DNA of 39,081 nt, taken from assembly GCF_001194135.2 (NCBI RefSeq), contig NC_068988.1:96284458-96323538 (forward strand), written 5' to 3'. The translations under genes were made by a program, and so were the position numbers. The notes beneath the pieces were generated by a model, which did no database searches, was not told where the DNA came from, and saw nothing but the letters and a program-made list of their open reading frames with translations. Of the stretch, positions 1 through 10,994 are shown in pieces (positions within the stretch are counted from its first letter, which is position 1; each line of letters starts with the position of its first letter). Source of the stretch: Octopus bimaculoides. Lineage: Eukaryota.

Positions 1-430
1 GAAATGACTTGAACAAATTTAAAAGAAAAATGTTTTTTTTCCTAAAAATTATGGAAATATTTCTTTCTTTTTTATTTGTGTGTATGGAATAAAGAAAAAT
101 AAATATTTTTCTTCAAAAATGACCTCCTCAGTCATCTTGGCATGTCTGAGGTTTATGTAATATTTTGTTTTGACGAATCTGCTATTTGTTCTAATTTAAC
201 CACTTCAATAATCTGTAATAAAATACAAAAAAAAAAAAAAATGGGCAATATGTTAAAATGACAAAGACAAACAAAATTCTGTTTTCATTTTTTCTTTTAT
301 TTTTCAATTTGGAAATATTGAGCATCTTCTTGGCACATATAATTTTGGTTGAGTGAATAACTGTTCTTTTCAGTTGGATGTTTCCTTCCATTGAACAAAA
401 GACAAGCACATACACACACACAAATAGGAA

Positions 431-505
431 TTTCTGCCTACCAAATTCAATCACAAGGCTTCAGTCAGCCTAAGGCTATACCAGAAGACACTTGTCCAAG
501 GTCTA
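431..505 (-). mobile_element. Fragment of the tRNA/CORE-type SINE head (family B)
   Basis: ccaaattcaatcacaaggcttcagtcagcctaaggctataccagaagacacttgtccaagg matches the copy at 32905-32970. Confidence 0.65.
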
Positions 506-958
506 CTCAGCCATACTGTGTGGCACTTTGAGCAATCGCTGTATGGTATTTAATTGTTGCTGCTCAGTCCAGCCCTCTTCTCCATAGCTCTGTCACATTT
601 TAGGAATGGTCAAATTCATTCCAGAGTTTTCCACTAATAATTCTGGTCTCTAGAATATTCACCAAAGAGAGACGAAAAGCAAAAATCAATTTTGATTGTG
701 CTTGAATATAAAGATAAAGATAGGACATGACTAAAATATTTACAGGCAGTCTTTAATGTGCCATTCCCTCATTTCACTGCCCGTAAAGGCTAGAATAATA
801 AACCAAATGAAATGCTGGCATGTTTTGAAGTCATTTCACTGATGGAGGCACCGTAGATTTCAGTTTTGACTTCTCATAACTTTATTAATTACAACAGTTT
901 TGAGCTTTCTTGTTTCAAAATTTGTTATTTAGCAGCTATTTGGACAGGGACACATTTG

Positions 959-1130
959 AACGGAAATATTCTCATGTAGTAAAGATTGTTTGCCAACATA
1001 ACATGGCAGTCCTGGTTTAGGACGAATGTTGCTGTAATTTAGCCCCAGGAGACATCGTCTCCAGCTGGCTATACAACACGATCTGTGTCCTTATATTTTT
1101 GAACAAGGGAATCTAGCACCCCAACCCCTC
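959..1130. mobile_element. Interspersed repeat (family C; SINE or LINE-tail type)
   Basis: aacatggcagtcctggtttaggacgaatgttgctgtaatttagccccagg...ctggctatacaacacgatctgtgtccttatatttt resembles a common octopus repeat as I recall it. A more decayed relative may lie at about 8790-8970. Confidence 0.45.
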
Positions 1131-3950
1131 AGCTCAAAGCAATATCTGTATCGCGAAAGTAGAAATATTCTTGTTAATAATTAAGAGAACATTAGAAAGT
1201 TAAAGCTTCTTTTGCAAGATATTCCATTGTTACTGTTGTTATGTTTGTCATTGGATGGGGTGGTCAGGTCCTTTTTTCTTTCTTGTCAGATGCTCTGCCC
1301 GATATGCCAACCTTTTTTATTTACCTCTTACAACATTCTGGGTGTATCTTTTTACAAATCAAGTTATTAAGCAATTTGTCCCCTGCCTATCTTTTGCATC
1401 ACACCTACACACCGTGATGCTGAAAACAAGTTTGGTAACACAGAAATCAGGTTTTGGTGAGGACAGTGTATAGCCAACTGAACTATAGTAATCCATGGCA
1501 CCAATGGAATGGGAAACCAAGCTGACATCAGTTAGAACACAATCTATTTTAAGACTTGTTATAAGTATGTTATTATAGCTTTTAATGAAGAAGAGTAGCA
1601 TCATTGATCCCTTTTCAGGGCTCTGGAGAGTTCTGGGGTGAAAATCACGATTTTTAGTTTGACCTCAGGCTAATTCAACAGTGTGCACTCAATTTCTGGC
1701 AATGATATTTGAAGGTCAAGGATTGGTGTTAAATCTGGGAGAAGGGTTAAGTGTCCCATCCAAGAACATATAAGAGTCCGTTTGAAGGATTTCTGCTCTG
1801 TCTCTGGAAATTTCATTTGAAATCAAGTTGATCTTAAAGCACTTCATTGAACTCCATCGGGAATTGGTAAGGAAGTCGGGCTACTCAACAGAATCATTTC
1901 AAAACTTATTTCATCAATTGATCTAAGACTTTGAACTGTTACGGTACAGTGTGCAAAACTTCTTAACACTCGCCATTTTGTTTCAGTGCATCAGGTTTTA
2001 ACTTTAGTCAAGGCTTCAAACTAAAAGTCAAAAGAAATAGATAAAAAAAGCAACAAATAAATAAAAACAGTCAACTGTTTTTAGTATCGGTGGTGTGGTT
2101 GGATTTGAAATGAACCCCCAATGTAAATGAATTTGCTGCCAGTTTTGTGGGTTATGTCCCTTCATATGAAATACTTTCAGAGTTGTTACCCTTACACTCA
2201 CCAATTATTCTCTTATTACCCATAACCGCTCGCTTCCTATTCTTATTTTGTTATTACTTTTGGACTCGTCTACTATTCCTATACAAATATACACATCCAG
2301 TACTGCAGATGTTTGAATTATAAATGAGACAATTTCTTGGGGGTTTATAAGTCATTTCGTATATTGCTCTTGTATCAGAAGAATTTGGGAAAGAACGAGA
2401 CAATTAGACAGAAAAACTGTGGAGAGTAAAGCGAAGATACCTGTATCCCAGTCTATAAGAATTGGTCAGTAATTAATCTGACCAAAGCTTGTGAAATGTT
2501 ATTGGCCAGGTTGGAAATGGCGAAATATTTTGATACCTGATAATATAAACTATTAGAAATAAATATAAAATTGACTACAGCAATGATAATGAAATTTTAC
2601 CAGCTACAAATATTCTGCAGCAGCAGAAAAAAAAAAGATTGCAAATCTTTAATTCGTATCTGAGTTAAGACAATACGCGCTCCAATTTTGAATCAACAAA
2701 ATTCATTTTACGTGAACTTTAAATTTCCGAAAATTAAAAGAAATTCATTTAATCACATGTATATAAAGTAGAGACAATACGAAATAAAACTTCATTATCA
2801 ACTGTACTATATCGATTACTCTAAACATTCACTTATTTATATTTATTTGTATTTACTTAAAAATAACTGAAACTATAACGAAATAAAGATCTAGTTTAAA
2901 CAGTTTATTATTACAATATTTATAAACAACCATGTTGATATAAATTGCTTCTGCACAGGGGAATTCAATATTTTAAAAATCCGTTCTGGATAAGGTTTTA
3001 AGGATGGGGGCAGTCGACCTTCAACCAAACCAAGAAAAGTGTTTCCATTGCTTTTTTCAACCTGTTGTCAGTCTCAACTCCTGTGATGAGGACAGGATTT
3101 GAAATGAAAACACGTTGAACCGGAAGAGCTACAGTAAATCATCCCGTTTAGAATCGCTCAAACAATTCAGATGGTCAACTGCTCGGAGAGGAATTGTTAT
3201 TTATGGATCCCGAAAGAATGAAAAAGGGGTTTATTAATTCGCCCTTAAGACCTTAATACTTGTATAATAACGAAGACTTATGAGTAAAGAACAGAAATTC
3301 ATGAAAGAAATAAGGAGAAAACGGATTTTGAAATTAAAAAAAATCGTTTATTCTATAATACAAAATTTATGACAAATTAAATGTAAAAAAGTGTTAGTTG
3401 TAAATCTGAATGGTTAAAAATAAATGTAATCTCTCTCGTTAATTACAAATATAGAAAAAAAAATTACAAAAAAAAAAACAGGAGTAAAAAGAAATAGAAT
3501 TATGATATGAACGAGTTAATGCTTTGTTTTTCGGAGACAAAGCAGAAGATTTACATGGAAATAATTAACGAATTAAGAGTCGTGTAAAAATATATGAAAT
3601 GTAATAGAAATGAATGAAACGTCGATGGAGGTGATATAGTGTTTGTATGTAGACGAATGTCAGTGTAGAACATTCAGAATTAAAGAGAAATGTTTCCATG
3701 TTCAACTGTGTAAAGTTAATATGAATAAAATACATGTGAACTGTTGCAATAAAGTACAGTGAGAAATTGATGTCTATTTACATATTATATACATTAAAAC
3801 ACACCTGAATGTAGCAGGTCGTGTTACTTATGCACAGCCATAGAGAGTAAGTTAAATTCTTACTTTATTATGTCGGAAACAGTGTATGCTTCGTTCACTA
3901 TTAACATTTGTTATGTTTTCTGTGTAATTTACGTAGAGTGTAGAAATATG

Positions 3951-4877
3951 TTAATCAGTTTTCACCGCGTTCTCCGTGTTACTTGGCGACACAGATCTGT
4001 TTAAAAAGGGAAACTGTTTCTTGAACTGAGTGTCTGTGTTGTGAAGTATCTCAAGGAAATCAACCGCTAATTTATCCAATAATTGTTCATTGAGAGAAGT
4101 GTCCATATAAAAATGCCATAGATTTTGTTCGGAAGACAACGGAATCTTCCAGTTACCCCATTCAATAAACAAGTGTATACATATAGATGCGATAGTTTTT
4201 GCAGTATATTTGAGAGAGAACTTCGTTAAAATCAGACAGCATGTAGCAAACTGGTTAATTATTTTCATTAATTTATCTTCGAGTTTGATTATGTTACATA
4301 CTTTGATAATATGAAATTGGGGTAGAGTAATTTGAAAATCGAAGTTTAAACAAACTAAAAGGGCTTCTTCATAAAGTAAAAAGTCATTGGCTATCCGATT
4401 AATGGTAGTTTTGTTTTTTTCTAAATGTAGATATTGTTTGAAATATGTTTGACTTTCAACAATCATTTGCTCAACTTCAAGCAATTTATCATCGAATTTA
4501 GCAGCCAAAAACAAACACACGGGCCCCATGAGTTTATAGCTAAACACTTGGAATGAGTTATACATATAGAATCGGTGCATATAAATTACGGCAGTGTTTA
4601 GTATATATTCACTTAACATCAATCGTCGGTTAATGTATAACATAAACATACCTGTTTTCTGACGATAAAGTAATTCGTTTTCATACGTAAAGTTATCAGG
4701 TTGATATCTTCGGTTGAAAATCTCAACAATTTGTTCTTCGCTGAAAATCCAGTCTGCTTTTCGTGGTGCTTTTCCATTGGAGCTTTCAGGTGATTCATTC
4801 ATCGAAGTTTCATGATTTTGTTGATTATCATGAATTTCCACCTGTAATGAATTCTCAATATTCGCCATTTGATCCAT
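3951..4877 (-). CDS. Cyclin T-like protein, intronless, two cyclin folds only (308 aa from ATG 4877, or 305 aa from ATG 4868)
   Basis: The translation aligns by eye with the cyclin T core. WIFSEEQI matches WYFTREQL; ELLYRQK matches ELSYRQQ; NTAVIYMHRFYM matches NTAIVYMHRFYM; LFLAAKFDD matches LFLAAKVEE; YEEALLVCLNFDFQITLP matches LESIILQTLGFELTIDHP; KFSLKY matches TFSLQY; WGNWKIPLS matches WSNWEIPVS; LLDKLAVDFLEIL matches LLDELTHEFLQIL. There are no stops or frameshifts. The ORF-track start at 5168 is a TTG, and the first in-frame ATG is at 4877. No symbol is given because this looks like a divergent paralogue. Confidence 0.92.
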   Translation of the reverse strand: MDQMANIENSLQVEIHDNQQNHETSMNESPESSNGKAPRKADWIFSEEQIVEIFNRRYQPDNFTYENELLYRQKTGMFMLYINRRLMLSEYILNTAVIYMHRFYMYNSFQVFSYKLMGPVCLFLAAKFDDKLLEVEQMIVESQTYFKQYLHLEKNKTTINRIANDFLLYEEALLVCLNFDFQITLPQFHIIKVCNIIKLEDKLMKIINQFATCCLILTKFSLKYTAKTIASICIHLFIEWGNWKIPLSSEQNLWHFYMDTSLNEQLLDKLAVDFLEILHNTDTQFKKQFPFLNRSVSPSNTENAVKTD

Positions 4878-5011
4878 TTTAAAATAAATTTCGTTTTTTA
4901 ACTCTTTTTCGGTTAATCGATAAAGTTTCAGCTGTATGATGTCTGAAATCTGTATTTTCTTCGATATGTCCGTTGGAAAAATTACTTTCGCGGTCAGTAG
5001 GTGTTGCCGAA

Positions 5012-5100
5012 GCGGAAGTAGCGGGAGGAAAAACTTCACTGTCCCCTCTTTCTTATATATACCCAACAGGTGTGCCCGGACAAAAGGGATGAGCGGAAGT
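5012..5100 (-). promoter_or_regulatory. Candidate proximal promoter of the cyclin T-like gene: TATA box plus two ETS-like sites
   Basis: Minus-strand TATATAAG at 5052-5059, with a pyrimidine-rich TTTTTCCTCCC about 26-30 nt downstream (around 5033-5023). GCGGAAGT occurs at 5012-5019 and 5093-5100. The site lies in a local CpG-richer island about 150-180 nt upstream of the ATG. Confidence 0.5.
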
Positions 5101-5162
5101 TGATCCCGGGAATGTAGCCTAATTAATGATGCATGATAAACGCCGATGGAGTGTAAACTCAC

Positions 5163-5230
5163 CTTCAAATTAAATAGTCTTTTAATTTAATTCATAGTAG
5201 ATAGAAATTTATAAATTGCATTCACCACAT
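5163..5230 (-). other. Candidate 68-nt non-coding (5'UTR) exon
   Basis: Minus-strand acceptor ctgttctgcttttactaatatag| and donor AAG|GTGAGT (intron starts at 5162). All three frames contain stops. A further donor, GCT|GTGAGT, lies at 5573/5572. Confidence 0.4.
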
Positions 5231-5859
5231 CTATATTAGTAAAAGCAGAACAGATTTATAAAATATTTAAAAATTACACTTTCATTATTTTTGTTAACAG
5301 GTATATTAAACATATTTCTGAATGTTGTCAATTAACTGCTAAAGTTTTTTATTTAAATGTTTAAGATGACTCTGTTATGCATAATATATGGGGATTTGCT
5401 ATTTAAGTATAAAAATAAAAATACCTTAAGATATATCTGCTTTGTAATTTGCTTTATACAAACACAAACACATATCGTTGAAATCTGTTTACTTTTCCAG
5501 CATAAATAAACAACAATAAAAAAGATGTTTATGTAAACGACGTAACACACAAATACACAGAGAAAGACTCACAGCTACGCATGTGATGAATCGCTTTTAA
5601 AGAAAACCACTTTTATTACGAAAAATAACCAGGAGAACTTATAAAAATGCATCTTTTCTGTGTGGTTCGCAGTTATTGATATTTTTAAATTGTCTGAAAA
5701 TTTTCAAATTTGGTTTATTAATGAAATTTCTCAAACTGAATTTGGTGTTGTTATTCAATTGTTTCAGAAAAATGTTATAGAGGCTTAAAGTTTGATTATA
5801 TTCATCCAATAATGAAGTAGGACTTGAAAAGCCGGCATTTTCTGCGTGATAGCTGTGTA

Positions 5860-6168
5860 TAGCAACATGACAACGTTAGAGAAAACATTACGACGACGTC
5901 GACAGAAGTTTTAATAAGTTTTACTTTTTAAGATAATATCTACAGATTTTTGAAATACCGTCTCCCTACATGTTATTAATAAATTTTAATGAATAAAATT
6001 ATGCGAAAAGTTGTAAGAGGCATGTAAAGAATATCAAAAGACAAAATCGTGAGTGAGGTAGAGACAGGACAACAACTGACGTGTAAAGTAGACGTGCTTG
6101 GAAAGCAGACCATACCTTGATTTGTTACTATGGAAACTGGCACCGATATGTCTGTGGTTTTCGATTGG
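5860..6168. promoter_or_regulatory. Motif cluster: RFX X-box, RFX half-sites, CRE-like site, CCAAT
   Basis: GTTACTATGGAAAC at 6124-6137 fits the X-box consensus GTHNYY-AT-RRNAAC exactly. TAGCAAC and TGACAAC lie at 5860-5874, TGACGT at 6077-6082 and ATTGG at 6164-6168. Confidence 0.35.
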
Positions 6169-7119
6169 CTAAAATTACTCAAAATTTACAAATTTTAAAT
6201 ACTATTAACATTATATTTATTTTTTAATGGTAAAAAGCAATTTCATTTCTATAATTAGCACAGAAAACATACATCAATACACAGAATTTGAAATGAAATT
6301 GACGAAAATTAAACGAAATGAAAAGTGTGAGTGAAAAGATCCATAAAAAGTAGGTTGCGAATGGAAACTGTATTATCGAATGTGTTGTTGCGAAGCGTCA
6401 GGATTCTCTGATGTAGTTGTTGAATGGCCAGAGGCTTTCCACCTATGACAACCTAGCAGAATGCAGAGGGGAGTGGACTATACGACATCTCGTTTTATTT
6501 GTAAGACGGGAGGCTTTGAGCTGAGGGATGATTGGCTATTGTCTTTTTAGATGACAATCGAAATTTAGACGAAATATTGTGTGATGTCTGGTGTCGGACT
6601 GGTCTTGTTTGGTTTTCTATTTCTTATTTGTAGAAAACAGCACAGATTTGAATAAGGTTCATGTGTTTCTCTAAATTTCAAACCAATCGAGGGCGATTGT
6701 CTTGTGATGCCCACGAACGGCTGTTATTGTATTCTGTTGCTCTAATTAATATTAATAATAATTTCTAGCACGGCTGAACATTTTTGTTAAAGCAACCCTA
6801 GCGTTTATGCTTCTCAGCATTACAAGGATGAACGGCAAATATGGGCCTTGCCGCATTTGAACGCAGAACCTATCTATTTGCCAGCGTCCATTTCGCTTGA
6901 TACTCTTTCGATTGTTGAATTGGAATAGAAAGCCCGGAAGAGCTCTTACGAAAGTTTGTGTCTTATGGACAGCAAGGATTGTCAGGTGGGTTCTAAGCAC
7001 TTGAAAGACTGGTGAAAACTTGTGGATACCTAAGGTTAGAAGTAGTAACCCGCTAGCCACATAATTCCTGCCAGGAATATGATTGAACCTGAGCCAAATC
7101 AAAATAATAATTACAATAA

Positions 7120-7326
7120 TAATCCCTTCCTTAATAGGCAAAAGGCCAGAAATGTTTGGGGAGGGGTGCGGCCGTCGATTACATCGACCCACGTGTGTAA
7201 CTGGTACTTATTTCATCGAGTCCGAAACGATGAAAGGCAAAGCCGACCTAGGCAGAATTTGAGCTGAGAAAGTAGCTGCAGACGAAATACCGCTAAGCAT
7301 TTAGTCCGGCATACTAAAGATTCTGT
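7120..7326 (-). mobile_element. SINE family A copy
   Basis: Matches the 9127-9344 copy along its length (aactggtactta, gatgaaaggcaaag, gcagacgaaataccgctaagcattt). Confidence 0.85.
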
Positions 7327-7330
7327 ACTA

Positions 7331-7360
<30 letters not shown>

Positions 7361-7361
<1 letters not shown>

Positions 7362-7500
7362 GGAAGCATCGTTAGCACGTCGGACAAAATGCTGAATGGC
7401 CTTTGTTCCGGCACATTATCTTCTCAGCTTAATTTCTCGTCGGGTCAACTTTGCTTTCTACCATTTTGAGATCAATAAAATACCAGTGAATTGCTTTCCA
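7361..7500 (+). mobile_element. SINE family A copy, degenerate
   Basis: gcatcgttagcacgtcggacaaaatgct...ggtcaactttgctttc...aataaaataccagt is collinear with the 28851-29066 copy. Confidence 0.7.
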
Positions 7501-8330
7501 GTGATGTAGCCGCTTTGTCCCGTCTCCTCAAACTCGCTGCTGGCCCTGAGACCTGCCACGAAACGGTGACTCGTTCAAGGGAAATGTTGTGATCTTATTT
7601 GCCAAGGCGAACGACTTGATGGGTTCTAGGTCTGAATCAGAAACTATAAATTACATTTAGTACATCTTTCTATCCTCATCTGCTTTCAAACTCACCAACT
7701 CTCGTTACTTTTAGTATTGATAATATGTAGCTTTTAGTATGTTTTCATTGTAAACACTCGTCATGTTGTGAAGAAATTTGGAAAAAATGTATTATGTTTA
7801 TGTAATCTTGAAGCATGAAATTTAAAATGGAATTCAGTGATAATTGAAATTATCCAGAAAATTTACACTACTTAAAGTTATCCTCTATTTGCGACACACA
7901 CCCACACACAAACAGAGGCACACGATTCATTTCTGTGAATTTACGCGCGTGCGTAAGAGACAGGTAGCGGTGCAAGGGAAATAACTCATGGAGATAGTGA
8001 TATATCGTTCATAGGTTACCTGCCATTGTTGTTCATTTGGTCGTGTTTTATTTACCTTATTATAATAAAGAAATTAAATCAAAGGTTTCAAAACATACTT
8101 TAGATATGTAGATTTTCTTTAAAAATGTGTTTTTTTGGAATAAAGAAATCGCGTCATGTAATTCCACACCATTTTACGCTAATCTATAAAATGCTTATTT
8201 GTGTCCGATGCAGTATTGTTTAGAGTGATCTGGTTTGATGTTTAAAGGTATGTGTGTGTGTGTGTGTGTATGCATGTGGGTATGTATGTATGTATGTATG
8301 TATGTATGTGTGTCTGTGTGTGTGGTCTTG

Positions 8331-8620
8331 TGGTAGCGGTAGGCCTGTTAGACATGTGACAAGGTGGTGAAGCATGATCTTCGAGCTTTGAGCCTCACAC
8401 AAACAATGACTAGCGACCGAGAACTTTGGCGATATGCTGAGTTTGAGAAGACCCATTAAGCCAAGTGGAATCGTAGTCAGGACTGATGCTGGTGTCACAC
8501 GAGTGGCACGTAAAGAGCACCTTTGAAGCGTTGGGCCTCATAAAGGCAAAGTGGCTGAGTACTATTCGAGTTTTGTGCCTCAGGGAGGCAAAGTGGCTGA
8601 GTTCCTTTCGAGTGTTGGGC
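8331..8620 (+). mobile_element. 3' end of an RTE-type LINE (ORF C-terminus plus 3'UTR)
   Basis: 8352-8459 translates TCDKVVKHDLRALSLTQTMTSDRELWRYAEFEKTH*, preceded across a frameshift by GRP. This matches the typical RTE terminus GRPxKTWxxVVKxDL...DRxxWR. The 3'UTR carries a 42-bp tandem unit. Confidence 0.7.
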
Positions 8621-8729
8621 AAATAACTGGGGTCCGGAACTCTCGTGGGAAAAAAATTCGCTACCCGCAGATACACACATACACACATACGCACAGAAAC
8701 GCACCGCCCGTACAGAAACGCACAATAAA

Positions 8730-8732
8730 CAC

Positions 8733-8773
<41 letters not shown>

Positions 8774-8775
8774 GT
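8730..8775. repeat. (TAT)n microsatellite
   Basis: Direct reading. Confidence 0.95.
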
Positions 8776-9126
8776 TGTTGGTTTATATCTTTTATGCTGT
8801 TTGGTGTTTCTCTCCTCGAATACTTATATTCGAAGGCAATCTATCCGTGAACTTCCTTATATTTTCCCTCGTGGAGATCCAACACGTCCGTTTCTATTAT
8901 TAGAGGCCGTGTTTTGAGAGGGATTTGGATGCTAGTTTAAGGGATCCAGCTACTTAAAATCCCTGTCGTTGGCATCGTCTTTCGTTCCGTTTATTAACCA
9001 ATATACTGACAAATGTTCCCAGCTTTTCATAATTTCTGTAGTTTTGATAAGAGGCTTCTTAGTAAAATGTGTTCAAATAAACTCTTAACAGAAACACCCA
9101 AAATATTACAATACAGGTTTGAAAAT

Positions 9127-9344
9127 GCCTTTTTCTACTCTAGGTACAAGGCCCGAAATTTTTAGGGAGGGGGGCAGACGATCAGATCGACCCCAGTACG
9201 CAACTGGTACTTAATTCATCGACTCCGAAAGGATGAAAGGCAAAGTCGACCTCGGCGGAATTTGAACTCAGAATGTAAAGACAGACGAAATATTGCTAAG
9301 CATTTCGCTCGGCATTCTAACGATTCTGTCAGCTCGCTTCCTTG
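9127..9344 (-). mobile_element. Full-length SINE family A with a 13-bp target-site duplication
   Basis: CAGGTTTGAAAAT at 9114-9126 and 9345-9357. A B-box-like GAGTTCAAATTCC is present on the minus strand. Confidence 0.92.
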
Positions 9345-10199
9345 CAGGTTTGAAAATACTGAAATTGTAAATTATTTGTAGTAAATTGATAAGTAAAAAC
9401 AGGAAAATAAAAGACGAGAGAGAGTGTGAGAGAGAAAGAGAAAGGGGGAGAGAGAGAAAGAAAGAAAAAAAATTATAGTTCAAGGGAAAAAACTCTTGCA
9501 ACAAAAAGTATAATTATGTAGTCGTTTACCAAGGGAATTAATCACCTATTGTGAAACGTCGATTTCGATTGCTACTCGATTGTCGGCTGAAATAATTATT
9601 AAATCGGGAACAAGGAAGCCGTTATGCGGCTCTTCCTCTGCTCGAAATAACAGTCAAAATACGGTAATTGAAAGCCCCTCCCCTTTCTACATATACATCA
9701 ACAGAGTAATGTACATGAAGAATCTACCCGAACAAACTTCAAATGAAAAATACACACTTGTTGCTCTGTCGGAACTCTATTATGTTCTCTTCGATACAAT
9801 TGTAGAAATGAAACAATTTGAAAGGAAAGAAAATCCAAGCTTAAAATTTAACCGTGGGAAAAAAAATTTGTTGGAAGTTTTAAAGATAACATCGTTTTAT
9901 TTAATATTAAATATATATATATATAGAAAATGAGCGGCAGGGAAGAAGAAGAAGAAGAAGAAGAGCAGCAGCAACAGTAAGAACAACATTAATGACAACA
10001 ACAAATTTCATTCAAACTGAAGTAATTCTCTTGCTAGAGAAAAAAAACAGTGAAATGGTAGCTTCCAAAAAAAAGCCTTCTAAATTAGAACTGGAAGCTG
10101 GAAATGAAAAATAAGCGGGAAACTATCTTATGTCCATTAAATCAGAACTCACTCACGAGACTATAAATGTATTGATATTTTGAGAAAAACATTGGTAAC

Positions 10200-10760
10200 T
10201 TAACTCAAGGTGCTGGAAGAATTATCTCGCAGTTTATCGAGGTTATCAGGTGAAAGACGATCAATAAATTCAGAAAACATCAGAAATGGTTGAAAGATCG
10301 ACTAGGAAAGTAGTTTTGGAGACTCAAAAATTAAAACCTTAAATTCCAAGGAGTAACAGCGACAGTAGTTAATAATCTGCAGATTATCAACGAAAAACTC
10401 TGAATCGATTGTTGGAGATCGGAAATCAGTTTATCGTAGCTTTAACAAAAATAACAGAATATAAGTTAAAAACATCGCAACAAGAGAACAAAGCTGAAAG
10501 ACACTGGGGATGAATATGAGAAAAGGAATGATAAATTCAAAGAAGAAGATGAATGGATGAGTTAAAACAGGAAGACTTCAAGCATGTTGAATGAATTATT
10601 TTACGAAAGGAACAGTGAAGCGAAATGAACATAAAACTGAAGAGTTACTCAACACATTTTAGCAGCACACAGGTTTACTTTAGAGGAAGAAGGGTGACAG
10701 TGACTTCGAAGCTTCGGCCTACTACAAAAAGTACTGAATAACTCTTCAGTTCAATGTAAA
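10200..10760 (+). mobile_element. Heavily decayed R4/Dong-like non-LTR retrotransposon fragment (pre-RT region)
   Basis: Broken translation LNRLLEIGNQ/VYRSF...ERHWG*I*EKE...EEDEWM (core 10380-10565) resembles the QNRLF..NQK.FYR.L...FW..IW......AEW segment of R4-type ORFs. The boundaries are approximate. Confidence 0.4.
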
Positions 10761-10920
10761 ATTGCTTTTATTATGAACTCGACATTAAAACAAACATTTA
10801 TATAAAATGGTGGATCGCGAAGAAAGGATGTTGTTGACGTTGTAAGAATTTAAGGAACTTTCGGAAGAAGGTGGAATAGTTCTTATTTCGTTTGTTTCTA
10901 AATGGATAAGGAACTTCGAA

Positions 10921-10994
10921 GGATTGCTTTGGTAGAATGGCAGAACACCTGTTCATGTCTACAGCAGATGTGGGTTCCAGTCCCATCAGCAACC
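10921..10994 (+). pseudogene. Degenerate tRNA-like element (tRNA pseudogene or isolated SINE head)
   Basis: A-box TGGTAGAATGG, B-box GGTTCCAGTCC, T-stem GTGGG/CCCAT with a 7-nt loop, anticodon-like stem CTGT/ACAG with an abnormal 8-nt loop, and acceptor-like pairing TTGCT/AGCAA. The anticodon cannot be assigned. Confidence 0.6.

Noticed and set aside
3082-3088. GTGATGA as a snoRNA C box
   Set aside because: No D box (CTGA) at a suitable distance and no terminal stem.
4878-5168. 97-aa N-terminal extension of the cyclin in the ORF track
   Set aside because: It starts at TTG, shows no cyclin similarity and overlaps promoter-like motifs and a splice donor; it is most likely incidentally open.
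6752-7192. 146-aa minus ORF, and a plus-strand pseudo-exon (HYKDERQIWALPHL...) in the same region
   Set aside because: The ORF begins inside a SINE, no homology was recognised, and the plus frame has an in-frame TAG.
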